A DNA stretch of 63,613 bases, filler included. It is 5 parts of 5 records of this genome, joined end to end, with 100 filler letters (N's around TTAATTAATTAA, not from the genome) between each part and the next. Parts side by side here need not be neighbours in the genome. Positions count along the whole stretch, not along the records: positions 27,819 to 33,598 come from SRR31156797_13866; positions 33,699 to 57,805 come from SRR31156797_13870; 3 more parts are not named here. One strand, 5' to 3'. A program made the position numbers and the translations under genes. Shown piece by piece: positions 28,345 to 39,474 of the stretch (position 1 is the first letter of the stretch; each line of letters starts with the position of its first letter). The notes below the pieces were generated by a model. The model ran no database searches. It was given only the letters and a program-made list of their open reading frames with translations, and was not told the DNA's origin.

Positions 28345-28603
28345 TAACCATTTCAGGTAAGTTTTTCATTTGTTGCAAGTAAAAAGAACGAAGCAAAAAA
28401 AGATGAATAACCGGCCACCGTAAGTATTCCCTACGATAAGTTGAATTCGCTGGCTAAACAAAAGTATTGGTCTTGAAGAGACCTAAGTCACCCTTTTGTC
28501 TGTAATCCCAAGCATTTAATCCCCTGCCTGCTCCTTCTCGAGAAATTAGGTATAAAAACCATTATCTTCGTCCATAAGGAAAAGAACAACTAAATCTATT
28601 ATT

Positions 28604-30796
28604 ATGCGAAAACTTGTATTAATTATTACTGCAATTGCATTTTACGTATCCGGATATGCCCAGGAAACGCTTATCCCTATTTCAACTAAAGATAACCTCA
28701 TGCTTCTACAAACCTCACGCGATGGTCGCTTAAACACCGTCTATTTTGGTGAGCCCATATCGGAGAACGAGTATGCCGAAGTTGCCCGAGTGTCTAACTT
28801 TCGCGACAACAACTCGGGTATTTATAATGCTGCATATACAACTGCCGGCACCTGGAACCTGGTTGAGCCAGCTATACAGGTTGAACAAGCTGATGGTAAT
28901 ACATCGTTGGAATTAAAATATTCAACGCATACCAGCGAACGAACAAAAGATGGTGCCGAGCTTACCACTGTTGTATTGGAAGATGTGCAATACAAGTTTC
29001 AGGTAAAACTTTTTTATAAAGCCTGGGCAAACGAAAATGTAATCGAACAATGGACCGAGATTTTGCACCGCCAGGAGAGTACAATCTTACTTAAGAAATT
29101 TGCTTCGGCGAACCTGTTTTTTGCCGGAAATAATTTCTACCTAACTACTTATGGTAACGAATGGGCTAAAGAAATGCAACGCAACGAGGAAAAACTTACC
29201 CGTGGCATAAAATCGATCGATACCAAACTGGGTACCCGATCTCATTTATTACAGTCGCCCAATTTTATATTATCGATGGGCAGACCGGCTGCCGAAAATA
29301 CCGGAACCATTGTATTGGGGCAGTTGGCCTGGAGTTCCAATTTTCGGTACGATTTTGAGATCGATTCGAAAGACAATTTGCGTTTGTTAGCCGGCATCAA
29401 TCCTTTTGCTTCGGAATACCATTTAAAGCCAGGAGAAGTTTTTAAAACACCGGCATTAATTTGTGCTGTTTCGCACAAAGGTACGGGCGAGGCCAGCAGA
29501 AATTTACACAGCTGGGCTCGTAATCACAGGGTTTTAGATGGTAAAGGCACACGACTTACCTTGCTGAATAACTGGGAAGCTACTTATTTTGATTTTGATG
29601 AAGATAAAATAACTGCGTTGTTTAAAGATGCTAAAGAATTGGGCGTTGATCTGTTTCTGTTGGATGACGGTTGGTTTGCCAATAAGTATCCGCGTAACTC
29701 TGATCGTTCGGGATTGGGCGATTGGCAGGAAAACAAGAAGAAACTACCTCATGGAATAGGGCATTTGGTAAAAGAAGCCACAAAAGCCGGTACCCGATTT
29801 GGCATATGGATAGAACCGGAAATGGTAAACCCGAAGAGTGAGTTATACGAAAATCATCTGGATTGGGTAATTCGGCAGCCCGAACGTCCCGAGAAATATT
29901 TCCGCAATCAGCTGGTGTTGGATTTGTCGAATCCCGAAGTACAGGATTTTGTGTTTGATGTGGTGGATAAGTTGCTAAGTGAGAACCCGGAGCTGGCTTT
30001 TATAAAATGGGATTGTAACTCCGTTATTTTTAATGCACATTCGGCTTATCTTGAAAAGAAAGAACTTCCGCAAACGCACCTGTACATTGAGTATACCAGA
30101 GGTTTATACAATGTGATGAAACGAGTTCGTGAGAAATTTCCGAAAATACCAATTATGATGTGCTCGGGTGGCGGAGGTCGTGGCGATTACGAGCTTTTTA
30201 AATATTTCACCGAATTTTGGCCCAGCGACAATACCGATCCGCTTGAGCGTGTATTTATGCAATGGAATTATTCCTATTTTTTCCCGGCTATTGTATCCTG
30301 TAGCCATGTTACTGAGTGGAGCGACAAGCCATTAAAATACCGTATTGATGTGGCAAGTATGGGAAAACTGGGATTTGATATTGTTGCGCACGAGTTGAGT
30401 GAAAAAGACATGCAGTTTGCCAGGGAAGCAGTGCAGAATTACCATTCGTTTAAAGAAGTAGTTTGGCATGGCGATCTGTATCGTCTCAAAGATCCGTATA
30501 AAAATGATTTTGCATCCTTGGTGTATGTGAAGAAAGATAAAAGCCGGGCGATTGTATTTAATTACCTGGTGAATTACCGTTTTAATTTGAATCTTTCGCA
30601 ACATCCTGTTAAGTTTGCCGGACTTGATCCTGAAAAAAAATACACAGTTAAGGAGATTAACGTTTATCCGGGCACAAGATCGCGCATCGATACTGAAAAG
30701 GTTTATTCGGGTAATTTCTTAATGAGAGTGGGTATTAATCCACACATTAATTTACGCAACACCAGTGTGGTTTTGGAGATAAAAGCGATTGAGTAA
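28604..30796 (+). CDS. Alpha-galactosidase, GH36
   Basis: LNNWEATYFDF, LFLLDDGWF, FGIWIEPEMVN, IKWDCN, CSGGGGR, WPSDNTD. Confidence 0.95.
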   Translation: MRKLVLIITAIAFYVSGYAQETLIPISTKDNLMLLQTSRDGRLNTVYFGEPISENEYAEVARVSNFRDNNSGIYNAAYTTAGTWNLVEPAIQVEQADGNTSLELKYSTHTSERTKDGAELTTVVLEDVQYKFQVKLFYKAWANENVIEQWTEILHRQESTILLKKFASANLFFAGNNFYLTTYGNEWAKEMQRNEEKLTRGIKSIDTKLGTRSHLLQSPNFILSMGRPAAENTGTIVLGQLAWSSNFRYDFEIDSKDNLRLLAGINPFASEYHLKPGEVFKTPALICAVSHKGTGEASRNLHSWARNHRVLDGKGTRLTLLNNWEATYFDFDEDKITALFKDAKELGVDLFLLDDGWFANKYPRNSDRSGLGDWQENKKKLPHGIGHLVKEATKAGTRFGIWIEPEMVNPKSELYENHLDWVIRQPERPEKYFRNQLVLDLSNPEVQDFVFDVVDKLLSENPELAFIKWDCNSVIFNAHSAYLEKKELPQTHLYIEYTRGLYNVMKRVREKFPKIPIMMCSGGGGRGDYELFKYFTEFWPSDNTDPLERVFMQWNYSYFFPAIVSCSHVTEWSDKPLKYRIDVASMGKLGFDIVAHELSEKDMQFAREAVQNYHSFKEVVWHGDLYRLKDPYKNDFASLVYVKKDKSRAIVFNYLVNYRFNLNLSQHPVKFAGLDPEKKYTVKEINVYPGTRSRIDTEKVYSGNFLMRVGINPHINLRNTSVVLEIKAIE

Positions 30797-30886
30797 AAGT
30801 AAAGGGCATGCTAAATCCCCAATAACCTTAGAGTTTTAATTATTCTTTTTAAAAAGCATATATGTGCGAAAGTAAAATTCCTTATT

Positions 30887-30952
30887 TGACCAATACAGGA
30901 TAGAACATGAACTGTTTGGAGGGAAAAAGCATTTCGGACCTGCCTACTTTTG
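30887..30952 (+). promoter_or_regulatory. Putative AraC-bound promoter of the serine hydrolase
   Basis: TGACCAATACAGG (30887) and TGAACTGTTTGG (30908) 21 bp apart; Bacteroidota -7 element TACTTTTG at 30945-30952. Confidence 0.5.
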
Positions 30953-30982
30953 TGCTAGTAATAACAACTAAAAGTAGCAATC

Positions 30983-32332
30983 ATGAAAAAAAGAAAATTA
31001 GGATTAATAGGATTGGGCGTTGCAATAGCAGCAGTGGCCGTTTTAATTGTATCGGCCCAGGTTAAGAAAAAGAACACCAATGAAGTGGTATATACCGGAA
31101 AAGCCATGCAAGGTTTTCCGGCAAGTGCCGAATCGCAGGTAACCCTGCAAAATGCATTTGAGCAGCCCTATAACAAATGGGCATTACGAAATGCAAGTAT
31201 CTTTCCATCGTTGATGGTGCCGCGCGGAGGCGATGTACTCCATTTTCCTGACCGAAAAAACAAAGCTATCGAGCACCACACTTTACCCGGTAACAACCTA
31301 ACCGTACTTGAAGCTTTGGAAGCCGACGATACTGATGGAATAATAGTAATTAAAGACGGAGTTATTCGCTACGAAAGGTATTTTGGCGAATTTAAAGCTA
31401 CCGACCGTCATGCCTGGGCTTCATCAACAAAATCGTTGGTGGGAATGCTTGCCGGACAGCTGGCGATAGAAGGTGTAATTGATTTGGATGAGAAAGTGGA
31501 ATATTACCTGCCCGAGATGCGTGGCAGTGCTTTTGAAGGTTTACGTTTGCAGCAACTATTAAACATGGTTAGTGCCATCGATTATTCGGAGGATTATGCC
31601 GACCTGAGACCGGGAACAGTACATTACGAATATTTTCGTCGCCTGGGGTTAACACCTGCTTTCGACCTAATGGCTTTAGATCCGAAAACCGATGATACCC
31701 CACGTGGAAGTCTTGGCTTTTTGCCTGAGCTAAAACGTCACGCTGACAAAACACCCGGTGAAGTATATGAATACCATTCGCCCAATGTTGATGTAATCGG
31801 TTTAATTCTGTCGCGTACAACAAATAAGTCTTTGGAAGAATTGATCTCTGAATACATTTGGCAAAAAATAGGCGCTGAGCATGATGCCCAAATTATGACT
31901 GATGCAGCTTTTAATCCAATCGCAACAGGTGGAATGATGTCAACGCTAAGAGACTTTGCCCGCTTTGGTTACCTGGTGCTTAATGATGGAGCAAATGAAG
32001 ATGGGCAAATTATACCCGAAGACTTCATTAACGAAACCTATGCATTGAATGCTGAAGAGCGAAGTGCCGGACAAAAAAGCATTTACCGCAACGATGTGAA
32101 TGCCGCAACATACGATAAACATTTTAGGGCTTATAAAAACTTTTGGTGGGTACACGATAGCGATAAACAGGTAATGACTGCAAGAGGAATATATGGTCAA
32201 GGATTGTATATCGATAAAACAAACAATGTGGTTATTGCTCATTTCGGAAGTGCAGCTTCTGCATCGAATGCAGCACGTGCTACCAACAAGGCTAAAATGG
32301 ATGCATTAAAATTTATTGCAGAAACATTGTAA
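30983..32332 (+). CDS. Beta-lactamase-fold serine hydrolase (NylB / 6-aminohexanoate-dimer hydrolase-like)
   Basis: SxxK motif ASSTKS, YEYHSPN, LRDFARFG, ARGIYGQ; N-terminal anchor or signal. Confidence 0.85.
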   Translation: MKKRKLGLIGLGVAIAAVAVLIVSAQVKKKNTNEVVYTGKAMQGFPASAESQVTLQNAFEQPYNKWALRNASIFPSLMVPRGGDVLHFPDRKNKAIEHHTLPGNNLTVLEALEADDTDGIIVIKDGVIRYERYFGEFKATDRHAWASSTKSLVGMLAGQLAIEGVIDLDEKVEYYLPEMRGSAFEGLRLQQLLNMVSAIDYSEDYADLRPGTVHYEYFRRLGLTPAFDLMALDPKTDDTPRGSLGFLPELKRHADKTPGEVYEYHSPNVDVIGLILSRTTNKSLEELISEYIWQKIGAEHDAQIMTDAAFNPIATGGMMSTLRDFARFGYLVLNDGANEDGQIIPEDFINETYALNAEERSAGQKSIYRNDVNAATYDKHFRAYKNFWWVHDSDKQVMTARGIYGQGLYIDKTNNVVIAHFGSAASASNAARATNKAKMDALKFIAETL

Positions 32333-32365
32333 GTAAACTGGATTTAGTTTAAAAGTTAAAAGGCA

Positions 32366-33352
32366 TTACACCGACAACACATCTTTCGGGTTAATGCCTT
32401 TTACTTTTTTAAACATCTGCGAAAACTTCGAAGGATTTTCGTAGCCCAGGTCATAAGCCACCTCGGTTACCGAGTAATTCCCATTTATCAGTAAACGATA
32501 TGCTTCGTCCATTTTGGCGTGGGTATAAAAGGTATAAATTGAAGTGCTAAAAAGGGTTTTAAAATCTCGTTTCAATTTTGAAAGGCTAATGCCATGTTCT
32601 TCAGCCAATTCTTCCACATTTATTTTTTTGTCGAAGCTCGATAAAAGCTGTGCTTTAATCTTTAATAAACGTTCGTAATCACTAGGGTGAAGTCCAAACA
32701 TTTCGTCTTTGTCAACCAACTTTTTAACAACGCCTATTAACAAAGTGAATATTTCAAGAGCGCGCGAAACAATCATCGTTTTTTTACCCAGTTCTTTTTC
32801 GTTGAAGTAAAAAATATCTTTTACCAGCGACTGAATCTTTACCGGTAACATAATGTGGTAACCCATGGGGTCGTTATTCGGGAATAAGGTTTCCAAAATA
32901 TCCATGGCTTCGGGCATTATATCATTGAAAGCCTTTTTCGAGATTTTAAAACCAAGCATTTTAAAGTTCACATTGGGCGAGTACTCAATCTGCATCGGGA
33001 AAAGGCCATTGTAAATGTAACCGCCTTTTGAATTTCCCGCTTTAAGGTTCTGTTTTTTGTTTTCGAAATGTTGGTTAGCACCTCCTTCTTGTACAAAGTT
33101 TATGTGATAAAAATCGGGTCTTTCATCGGGCTCCCGATCAATTATAATTGTACTGGGATGTGTCGAATCAACCGTTGAAATCTCAAAATCGGGCAATAGT
33201 GAATAGTAGCAAAGTTCAATATTGGCTCTTCCTTGTTTAAGTCGGTAAACACTTCCTTCAATCTCACCACCAAGGTGTTGTTTTAAATTGTTGAAGTAAT
33301 TTTTAGTTTCCCCTTCTTTTAAAGGTATTCTGATTATTTCTTCCCGATTCAT
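32366..33352 (-). CDS. AraC-family transcriptional regulator
   Basis: C-terminal double HTH (ISLSKLKRDFK, SVTEVAYDLGYENPSKFSQMFKK); probable start ATG 33352. Confidence 0.92.
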   Translation of the reverse strand: MNREEIIRIPLKEGETKNYFNNLKQHLGGEIEGSVYRLKQGRANIELCYYSLLPDFEISTVDSTHPSTIIIDREPDERPDFYHINFVQEGGANQHFENKKQNLKAGNSKGGYIYNGLFPMQIEYSPNVNFKMLGFKISKKAFNDIMPEAMDILETLFPNNDPMGYHIMLPVKIQSLVKDIFYFNEKELGKKTMIVSRALEIFTLLIGVVKKLVDKDEMFGLHPSDYERLLKIKAQLLSSFDKKINVEELAEEHGISLSKLKRDFKTLFSTSIYTFYTHAKMDEAYRLLINGNYSVTEVAYDLGYENPSKFSQMFKKVKGINPKDVLSV

Positions 33353-33410
33353 GTGTGTTAACTTGTTCCTCAAATGTATAAAATTTATTTAAACCAAGTT
33401 AGTTCTAATT

Positions 33411-33477
33411 AGAACGAATTGGTTGTGCACTTGAACTTTTGGGGATGAGATTACAACGCTACTCCGGCTACTTTTGC
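33411..33477 (+). promoter_or_regulatory. Putative AraC-bound promoter of the divergent lipoprotein gene
   Basis: AGAACGAATTGG (33411) and TGAACTTTTTGG (33432) 21 bp apart; TACTTTTG at 33470-33477. Confidence 0.5.
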
Positions 33478-33506
33478 CTTCATAATTAACGATAAAAATA
33501 AAAATC

Positions 33507-33598
33507 ATGAAAACAAAAGTTTTATTATTTCTAAGTATAGCGCTGATCGTTTCGGCATGCACAAAAACAAACAAAAAAAGTGATAATGTTGAATTGCA
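33507..33598 (+). CDS. Lipoprotein N-terminus MKTKVLLFLSIALIVSAC... (3' truncated; absent from ORF track)
   Basis: Signal peptide II with lipobox VSAC; A-rich Bacteroidota-type leader. Confidence 0.65.
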
Positions 33599-33698
33599 NN
33601 NNNNNNNNNNNNNNNNNNNNNNNNNNNNNNNNNNNNNNNNNNTTAATTAATTAANNNNNNNNNNNNNNNNNNNNNNNNNNNNNNNNNNNNNNNNNNNN
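33599..33698. other. Artificial contig spacer
   Basis: N44-TTAATTAATTAA-N44. Confidence 0.99.
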
Positions 33699-34500
33699 AA
33701 TCATTACCCACATAAATATCGGGGTATCCATCGCAATTCAGGTCGCTTACTGCTACTCCCAGGCCATAACCAATTTGTGAAGAATAGATTCCTGAACCAA
33801 ATGTAACATCTGTAAATTTTCCATCATCGTTTCGAAGTAGCTTATCGCCTGATAATTTATCAATAGTATTTCTTTTAAATCCATTGCCATATGTACGATT
33901 AGGATGTACCGAATGATTTAGTTGAAACATATCCAAATCGCCATCCAAATCATAGTCCAGAAAAACAGCTTGAGTTGAGAATCCTTGCAGATTTAAGTTA
34001 AATTCTTCGGCCATTTCTTTAAACATGGGTACACCATTTTCATTTACGCCTTGGTTTACAAACAACTGATTTTCTCCGACAATCCCTTTATAATCGCCTA
34101 AAACACTTATATATATATCGAGTAATCCATCTCCATTTATATCAACCGAAGCTACACCGTATGACCATTTTGCATTGATGTTCAATCCGCTTTCTTCGGT
34201 ATGCTCAGTAAACTTTAATCCTCCATTGTTCAGGTAGAGCTTGTTCTTTCCCATGTTCGATATAAAAAACAAATCTGCAAATCCATCATTATTAAAATCG
34301 GAGATGGCAAGACCAGCTCCGTTGTAAAAATGAAGGTATTTCAAGATATTCCAGTCAGGAGTTTCTTCCAATAGGTTCTGAAAATGAATTCCACTTTGTT
34401 TGGACTCAATAAGTTCAAAATGTTTAAGTTTCTTTGTTTTGCAACATTCGAAGAAAAGAACAATTAAAGTTAAGAGAATTACAATACCAGATAAGCGCAT
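33699..34500 (-). CDS. FG-GAP/VCBS-repeat ASPIC/UnbV-family lipoprotein (3' truncated)
   Basis: Repeats DFNNDGFADL, DINGDGLLDIY, DYDLDGDLDMF, DLNCDGYPDIY. Confidence 0.88.
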
Positions 34501-34589
34501 TGAAGTTAGTTTTTATTGCCAGTGTTTATTTCTAAAAGATAAGTAAAAAACAGTTACAATTGTGGTAATGACGAAATATTACTAAATAC

Positions 34590-34623
34590 AAAAAAAAAGG
34601 TAAGCGCCGTCGCGCTTACCTTT
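34590..34623 (-). terminator. Intrinsic terminator after susD
   Basis: AAAGGTAAGCGC-CGTC-GCGCTTACCTTT hairpin with a T tract on the minus strand. Confidence 0.85.
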
Positions 34624-34643
34624 AAAGATTATTCGTAAAAACC

Positions 34644-36176
34644 TTAATAACCCGGATTTTGCACCAGATTCGGGTTCGCAAGCGCATCCGATGGAATACT
34701 AAATAGAATATATTTCTCATCGGAGGTATAAGGTTTCAAACTGTTCTCTTCGAGGAAAGTTCCAAAACGTATCATATCGTTACGTCTGTATCCTTCCCAC
34801 CACATTTCTCTTGCACGTTCATCAAGCAATGCTAAATCATTTTCAGAAGAAACGGTAACCGTCGCAGTTCCCCTGGCATCAGTAACCTTCTTAATTTCAG
34901 TATTGGCCGAAGTATAATCACCTTTTCTCATATATGCTTCTGCTTTCATAAGAATAGCATCAGCATACCTGGCAATAACATAGTCGTTATCCGGCTGATC
35001 GTTATTAACATAGTCAGGAACATATTTTACTCCACGAATACCTGCAACTTCAATTGCATCACCACGAGTAATCATATCCACCTCGCGAGTAAAAATTAGC
35101 GGATTATCTTTCCTGTCTTTTAATGCCTCTCCTTCATCCGGGCCACCAGGTCCATACATTTGACCAATTAAGAAACCAACATTATAACCACTTTTTTGTG
35201 TTACTTCCGGTAGTTCTGAGTTAATTCTTGGATCTTCCGGATCAAATTTATCGTAATATTCGGCTAATGTTGTAAAACCATTCCAGCCTGATGGTGTTTG
35301 ATGATAATGTGTACTCATATGCCAACGGCTACGTACATTACCCCCTGATCCTCCCTGAAGATTTTTCGATGCAAAAATAATCTCGTTTGAAGTTTCAGAG
35401 TTTGTAGGGATAAAGTTATCCCAGAAGTTTGCAAGTTCTCTCCCCTCTATAGCATCAACATACTGTATAACTTTATCCATATCTCCTGAATCGAAAGAAT
35501 ATGGGCCGGCAGGATTCTCTGCTTTAAAAACAGCCTTATTCAGATAAAGCTTAGCCAATAAATAGTAAGCAGCATTTTTATTAGCAACAGTTGGATCACT
35601 TCCATCTGGTAAGTCACTAATAATCGTTTCCAGGTCTGAAACTACAAAATCAAAAGCTTCAGAGCGGGTATAAACCTTGGCATCAAGTAGTAAATCACTA
35701 CCAACTTCGCGATAAGGAACCTGTCCAAACTTATCGATGATGTGGTAATAATTTAATGCGCGCAGAAATTTTGCTTCTGCTGCTTGTTGAGCACTAGGAC
35801 TGGCCTCTAAAACCAACTGAGCCTGGTATACTCCACCTAATACATTATTCCATGAATTTTTAATATAATCGTGATCAGGTCCCCATGTATGAGCATGTAG
35901 TTGACGCCAAATTGCATTATCGTCCCAGTCTCCACCACGGGTGGGTCCTACCATTGCATCAGAGGTATGTTCGTCTAATGCATATAATTGCGATTGATCC
36001 TGATAAGGAGTATGAAGGTTCGTATAGGCCGAAGCCAGTAGGTCGGTAGCATTTCCTTCTTCACCTGTAGCGGTATCGAATGTAACTCCATCTAATATTT
36101 TGTCTTCCAGATCGGTACATCCGATCACAAAAAACAATGACGCAATAATTATTAAATATTTACTATAGTTCTTCAT
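34644..36176 (-). CDS. SusD/RagB-family nutrient-binding lipoprotein
   Basis: Lipobox VIGC, AEAKFLRA, RYADAILMKAEA, ERAREMWWEGYRRNDMIRFG, QNPGY end. Confidence 0.95.
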   Translation of the reverse strand: MKNYSKYLIIIASLFFVIGCTDLEDKILDGVTFDTATGEEGNATDLLASAYTNLHTPYQDQSQLYALDEHTSDAMVGPTRGGDWDDNAIWRQLHAHTWGPDHDYIKNSWNNVLGGVYQAQLVLEASPSAQQAAEAKFLRALNYYHIIDKFGQVPYREVGSDLLLDAKVYTRSEAFDFVVSDLETIISDLPDGSDPTVANKNAAYYLLAKLYLNKAVFKAENPAGPYSFDSGDMDKVIQYVDAIEGRELANFWDNFIPTNSETSNEIIFASKNLQGGSGGNVRSRWHMSTHYHQTPSGWNGFTTLAEYYDKFDPEDPRINSELPEVTQKSGYNVGFLIGQMYGPGGPDEGEALKDRKDNPLIFTREVDMITRGDAIEVAGIRGVKYVPDYVNNDQPDNDYVIARYADAILMKAEAYMRKGDYTSANTEIKKVTDARGTATVTVSSENDLALLDERAREMWWEGYRRNDMIRFGTFLEENSLKPYTSDEKYILFSIPSDALANPNLVQNPGY

Positions 36177-36188
36177 CGTGATTCAATT

Positions 36189-39173
36189 TTAAAAGGTTAC
36201 GTTCAATCCAAAAGTAAATGTTCTGGTAGAAGGATAAGGTAAATATTCAATACCAGCAGAAGGAACACCGTCCCTTGCTTTATCGGTATCCACTTCAGGA
36301 TCGAAACCGGTATAATCAGTTATTAAGAATAAATTTTGTCCCGCAACATAAGCCCTTACTGTGCTTAACCATGGAGCAATATCATCGAAAGTATATCCGA
36401 AAGTAAGGTTCGCTAAACGGAAAAAGTCAGCTTTCTCCAGGTAAAGTGTAGAAGGTGTATTCGGATCACCATCTCCCTGTGCAGACTGGGCAACATCCAA
36501 TGTTACATTTCTACCCCCTGCAAAAGCTCCCATAAAGAACATGGCATTTCGGGTATTGTTGTATACGTAGTGTCCATATGATCCATAGCCCGATACAGAT
36601 ACATCAAAATTCTTGTAATTAAATGTACTACTAATACCAAGGTTAACCTTCGGAAGTGGTTGGGCATCAATCATTCTTTTTGCTGCAAGCCCCAGACTGG
36701 TTTCTTCGCCAGCTGCATTTAGATAAATGGAACTTCCGTCACTTTCAAATCCTACCCAATCATAAAGATAAAAGTTATATAACGGGTAGTTGTTTGTAAT
36801 AACTTGAGAATAGGCACCTGATAAACCTTGTCCGTGAAGATTACCAGTAACATTAAATCCGGTGTAATCTTTTATTTCATTATTTAAGAACGAAACATTT
36901 CCGGAAATTTCCCAATTCACATCATCTTTATTTATGACGCTCCATTTTAAACCTAATTCAATCCCGTTATTTGTTAATTTCCCGGGAAGGTTTACATAAC
37001 GGGTAGAACCTGGCGAAGGTTGAGTTGCGGCCAGTGGAGTTGGGAAAATTAAATCTTCTGTTTCGCGGAAGAAATAATCTACTGATCCTGAAAGTTTGTA
37101 TTCAATTAATGCAAAGTCGGCACCAATACCATACGATGTGGTAGTCTCCCATTTCAGATCAGCATTAGCATTGTTCTCAGTTGAAAGCGTTCCGTTGTTT
37201 CCATAACGCAGTTTTAAAGTAGCAGCATTATTTGGAAATTCCTGGTTACCTGTAATCCCCCAGTTACCTCTTAGTTTAAGGTTGTTTAAAATTCCATCGC
37301 TATTACTAATTAATTTATAACCAACTCCCAACGACGGGAAGTAACCATACTTATTGTTTTCACCAAACTTACTGGAACCATCAGCACGAACCGTTGCGGT
37401 TACCAAAATATCTTCCAGAATCGTTAGATTTGCCCTGGCAAAGAAAGATTGAACTTCGTATGCATTTCGGTAAGACTCAGAACGGAAAAGGTCTTGCTTA
37501 CCTCCCTCAATGTTATCAACCAGGTTTACCTGGCTACCTGAAAATTTTTCGGCAGAAGTGCTGTGCCCGTTAAAGCTGTATTTATAGTAAGAGAATCCGG
37601 CAACACCATTAAAAACAACGTCATTAAAATCTTTATCGTAGGTAATTGTGTTTTCAAAGGTACGAGAAGTTACAACTACATCACTTATGGTTGCCTGTCC
37701 ACCTTTAGTAATATTTCCGTCATCATCAACATCGTAAAGTCCTTCTTTTCGGAAAGAAGGTTGAATCTGTGCAGCCCGAGAAGAAGTGGAGTGTTCAATA
37801 CCAAATAACATTTTGTAGTTTAATCCTTTTGCAATGTTAATTGTACCTGCCAAACTTCCTAATACTTTTGATGTGCTTGTTTCATCATCATATTTTTCCA
37901 ATAACTCAACAGGATTTAAATATGTATCACTTACATAGTGATAGCTCCCATCGGAGTCATAAAGTGGAGTGGTAGGATTCCAGTATAATGCAGCTCCCAT
38001 CAAGTTACCTTCAAAGCCGCTATCATTGGATAAGGCCTGTGCCTGGTCTTCCATATGTGTAACCATCAGATTAGCATCAAAGGTTAACCTGTTATCAAAA
38101 AGTTTATTGGAATTGGTAATTGTTGCAGAATATTTTTTTAAGCCTGTTTTTTCAACAATCCCTTCCTGATCGAAGTAACCGATGGAGATACGATAATTTG
38201 ATTTTTCACTGGATTGTTGAACCGCAACATCGTGGGTATTTGAAAAAGAAGTTCTTAATATGGCATCAGACCATTCATAACCGTCACTGCCTCCGTCAAT
38301 ACCGCTAAATCCTTTATCCGATGCATAAGACTTAAATTCACTGGATGTTAACATATCAATGTCACGTGCGAGGGTACCCACGCTTGCGGTAGCATTGTAT
38401 GTCACCTGTGTTTTTAATCCTTTTCCTTTTTTAGTGGTAATAAGAATTACACCGTTTGCTCCACGTGAACCGTAGATAGCAGTTGCAGAAGCATCCTTAA
38501 GAATACTGATACTCTCAATATCATTCTGGTTAATAAAGTTGAGCGGACTTCGTGCAGATGAGTTTCCAAAACCAATGTCTGATCCACCTGAAGAAATGTC
38601 TCCTCCGGATAATGGAACACCATCCACAACAAATAAGGGATCGTTACCAGAACGTACCGAAGAAATACCGCGAACGCGAATTCGGGAAGCAGCACCGGGT
38701 TCACCACTCGATTGTGTAATCTGTACACCGGAAACCTTACCACGTAATAGTTCAGCTGGCGATGAAGCAGCAATGGCGGTAAAGTCATCAGAACTTACCT
38801 GATCTATTGCTGCGGTGGCATCCTGTTTCTTAACAGTACCGTATCCCACAACAACTACCTCATCCAGTTCAGCAATGTCTTCCTCCAGTTTAACATTAAT
38901 AACTGTTTGATTCCCCACCTCTATTTCCTGAGATGTGAAACCAACAAAACTGAATATCAATATTGCTTCAGAAGCAACATTGTCAATAGTGTACTCACCA
39001 TCAAAATTTGTGATTGTACCTTGCGTAGTACCTTTTACTACAATAGAAACGCCGGGTAATCCCACGTCAGTAGCATCGACAACCTTTCCGGTAATTGTTT
39101 GCTGAGCAAATGCAGTGCAGATACCAGCAACCAGAAACATCATCGTCAAGAAAATTTTCGAATAATCTTTCAT
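36189..39173 (-). CDS. SusC/RagA-family TonB-dependent transporter
   Basis: LDEVVVVGYG, PLFVVDGVP, DIESISILKDASATAIYGSRGANGVILITTK, DLKWET, C-terminal GLNVTF. Confidence 0.97.
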   Translation of the reverse strand: MKDYSKIFLTMMFLVAGICTAFAQQTITGKVVDATDVGLPGVSIVVKGTTQGTITNFDGEYTIDNVASEAILIFSFVGFTSQEIEVGNQTVINVKLEEDIAELDEVVVVGYGTVKKQDATAAIDQVSSDDFTAIAASSPAELLRGKVSGVQITQSSGEPGAASRIRVRGISSVRSGNDPLFVVDGVPLSGGDISSGGSDIGFGNSSARSPLNFINQNDIESISILKDASATAIYGSRGANGVILITTKKGKGLKTQVTYNATASVGTLARDIDMLTSSEFKSYASDKGFSGIDGGSDGYEWSDAILRTSFSNTHDVAVQQSSEKSNYRISIGYFDQEGIVEKTGLKKYSATITNSNKLFDNRLTFDANLMVTHMEDQAQALSNDSGFEGNLMGAALYWNPTTPLYDSDGSYHYVSDTYLNPVELLEKYDDETSTSKVLGSLAGTINIAKGLNYKMLFGIEHSTSSRAAQIQPSFRKEGLYDVDDDGNITKGGQATISDVVVTSRTFENTITYDKDFNDVVFNGVAGFSYYKYSFNGHSTSAEKFSGSQVNLVDNIEGGKQDLFRSESYRNAYEVQSFFARANLTILEDILVTATVRADGSSKFGENNKYGYFPSLGVGYKLISNSDGILNNLKLRGNWGITGNQEFPNNAATLKLRYGNNGTLSTENNANADLKWETTTSYGIGADFALIEYKLSGSVDYFFRETEDLIFPTPLAATQPSPGSTRYVNLPGKLTNNGIELGLKWSVINKDDVNWEISGNVSFLNNEIKDYTGFNVTGNLHGQGLSGAYSQVITNNYPLYNFYLYDWVGFESDGSSIYLNAAGEETSLGLAAKRMIDAQPLPKVNLGISSTFNYKNFDVSVSGYGSYGHYVYNNTRNAMFFMGAFAGGRNVTLDVAQSAQGDGDPNTPSTLYLEKADFFRLANLTFGYTFDDIAPWLSTVRAYVAGQNLFLITDYTGFDPEVDTDKARDGVPSAGIEYLPYPSTRTFTFGLNVTF

Positions 39174-39474
39174 GCGATTTTAGTTTAATTAGACTTTTTT
39201 AACAGTTGTACTAAAATAAGACAAACTTTCCTAATATCCAGTTTTTACAGATTGAATTCTATTTGAGAATATCTATCGCACATCTCCATTAATAATGAGG
39301 ACCCACCTATTTTCGAACACACCTTATTCTGCTGGAAACATTGAGAATAGAGGGGTTTACAACTATTAACCTCGCCCAAAAACAAGTACTAAAAGGAGGC
39401 ATGAAGAATTGTTTTTATGTTGAACAGCACATAAAACGACACAAAAAACGCTGTTAACATTTATTAAGATTTGC

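Noticed and set aside
28345-28603. Intergenic region after the NmrA-like fragment as a possible IS end or attC-like site
   Set aside because: Only a short GGTCT...AGACC hairpin; no convincing inverted repeats, target duplication or transposase.
30983-32332. Serine hydrolase as an antibiotic-resistance beta-lactamase
   Set aside because: Motifs fit the NylB/esterase branch of the fold; no mobile or resistance context.
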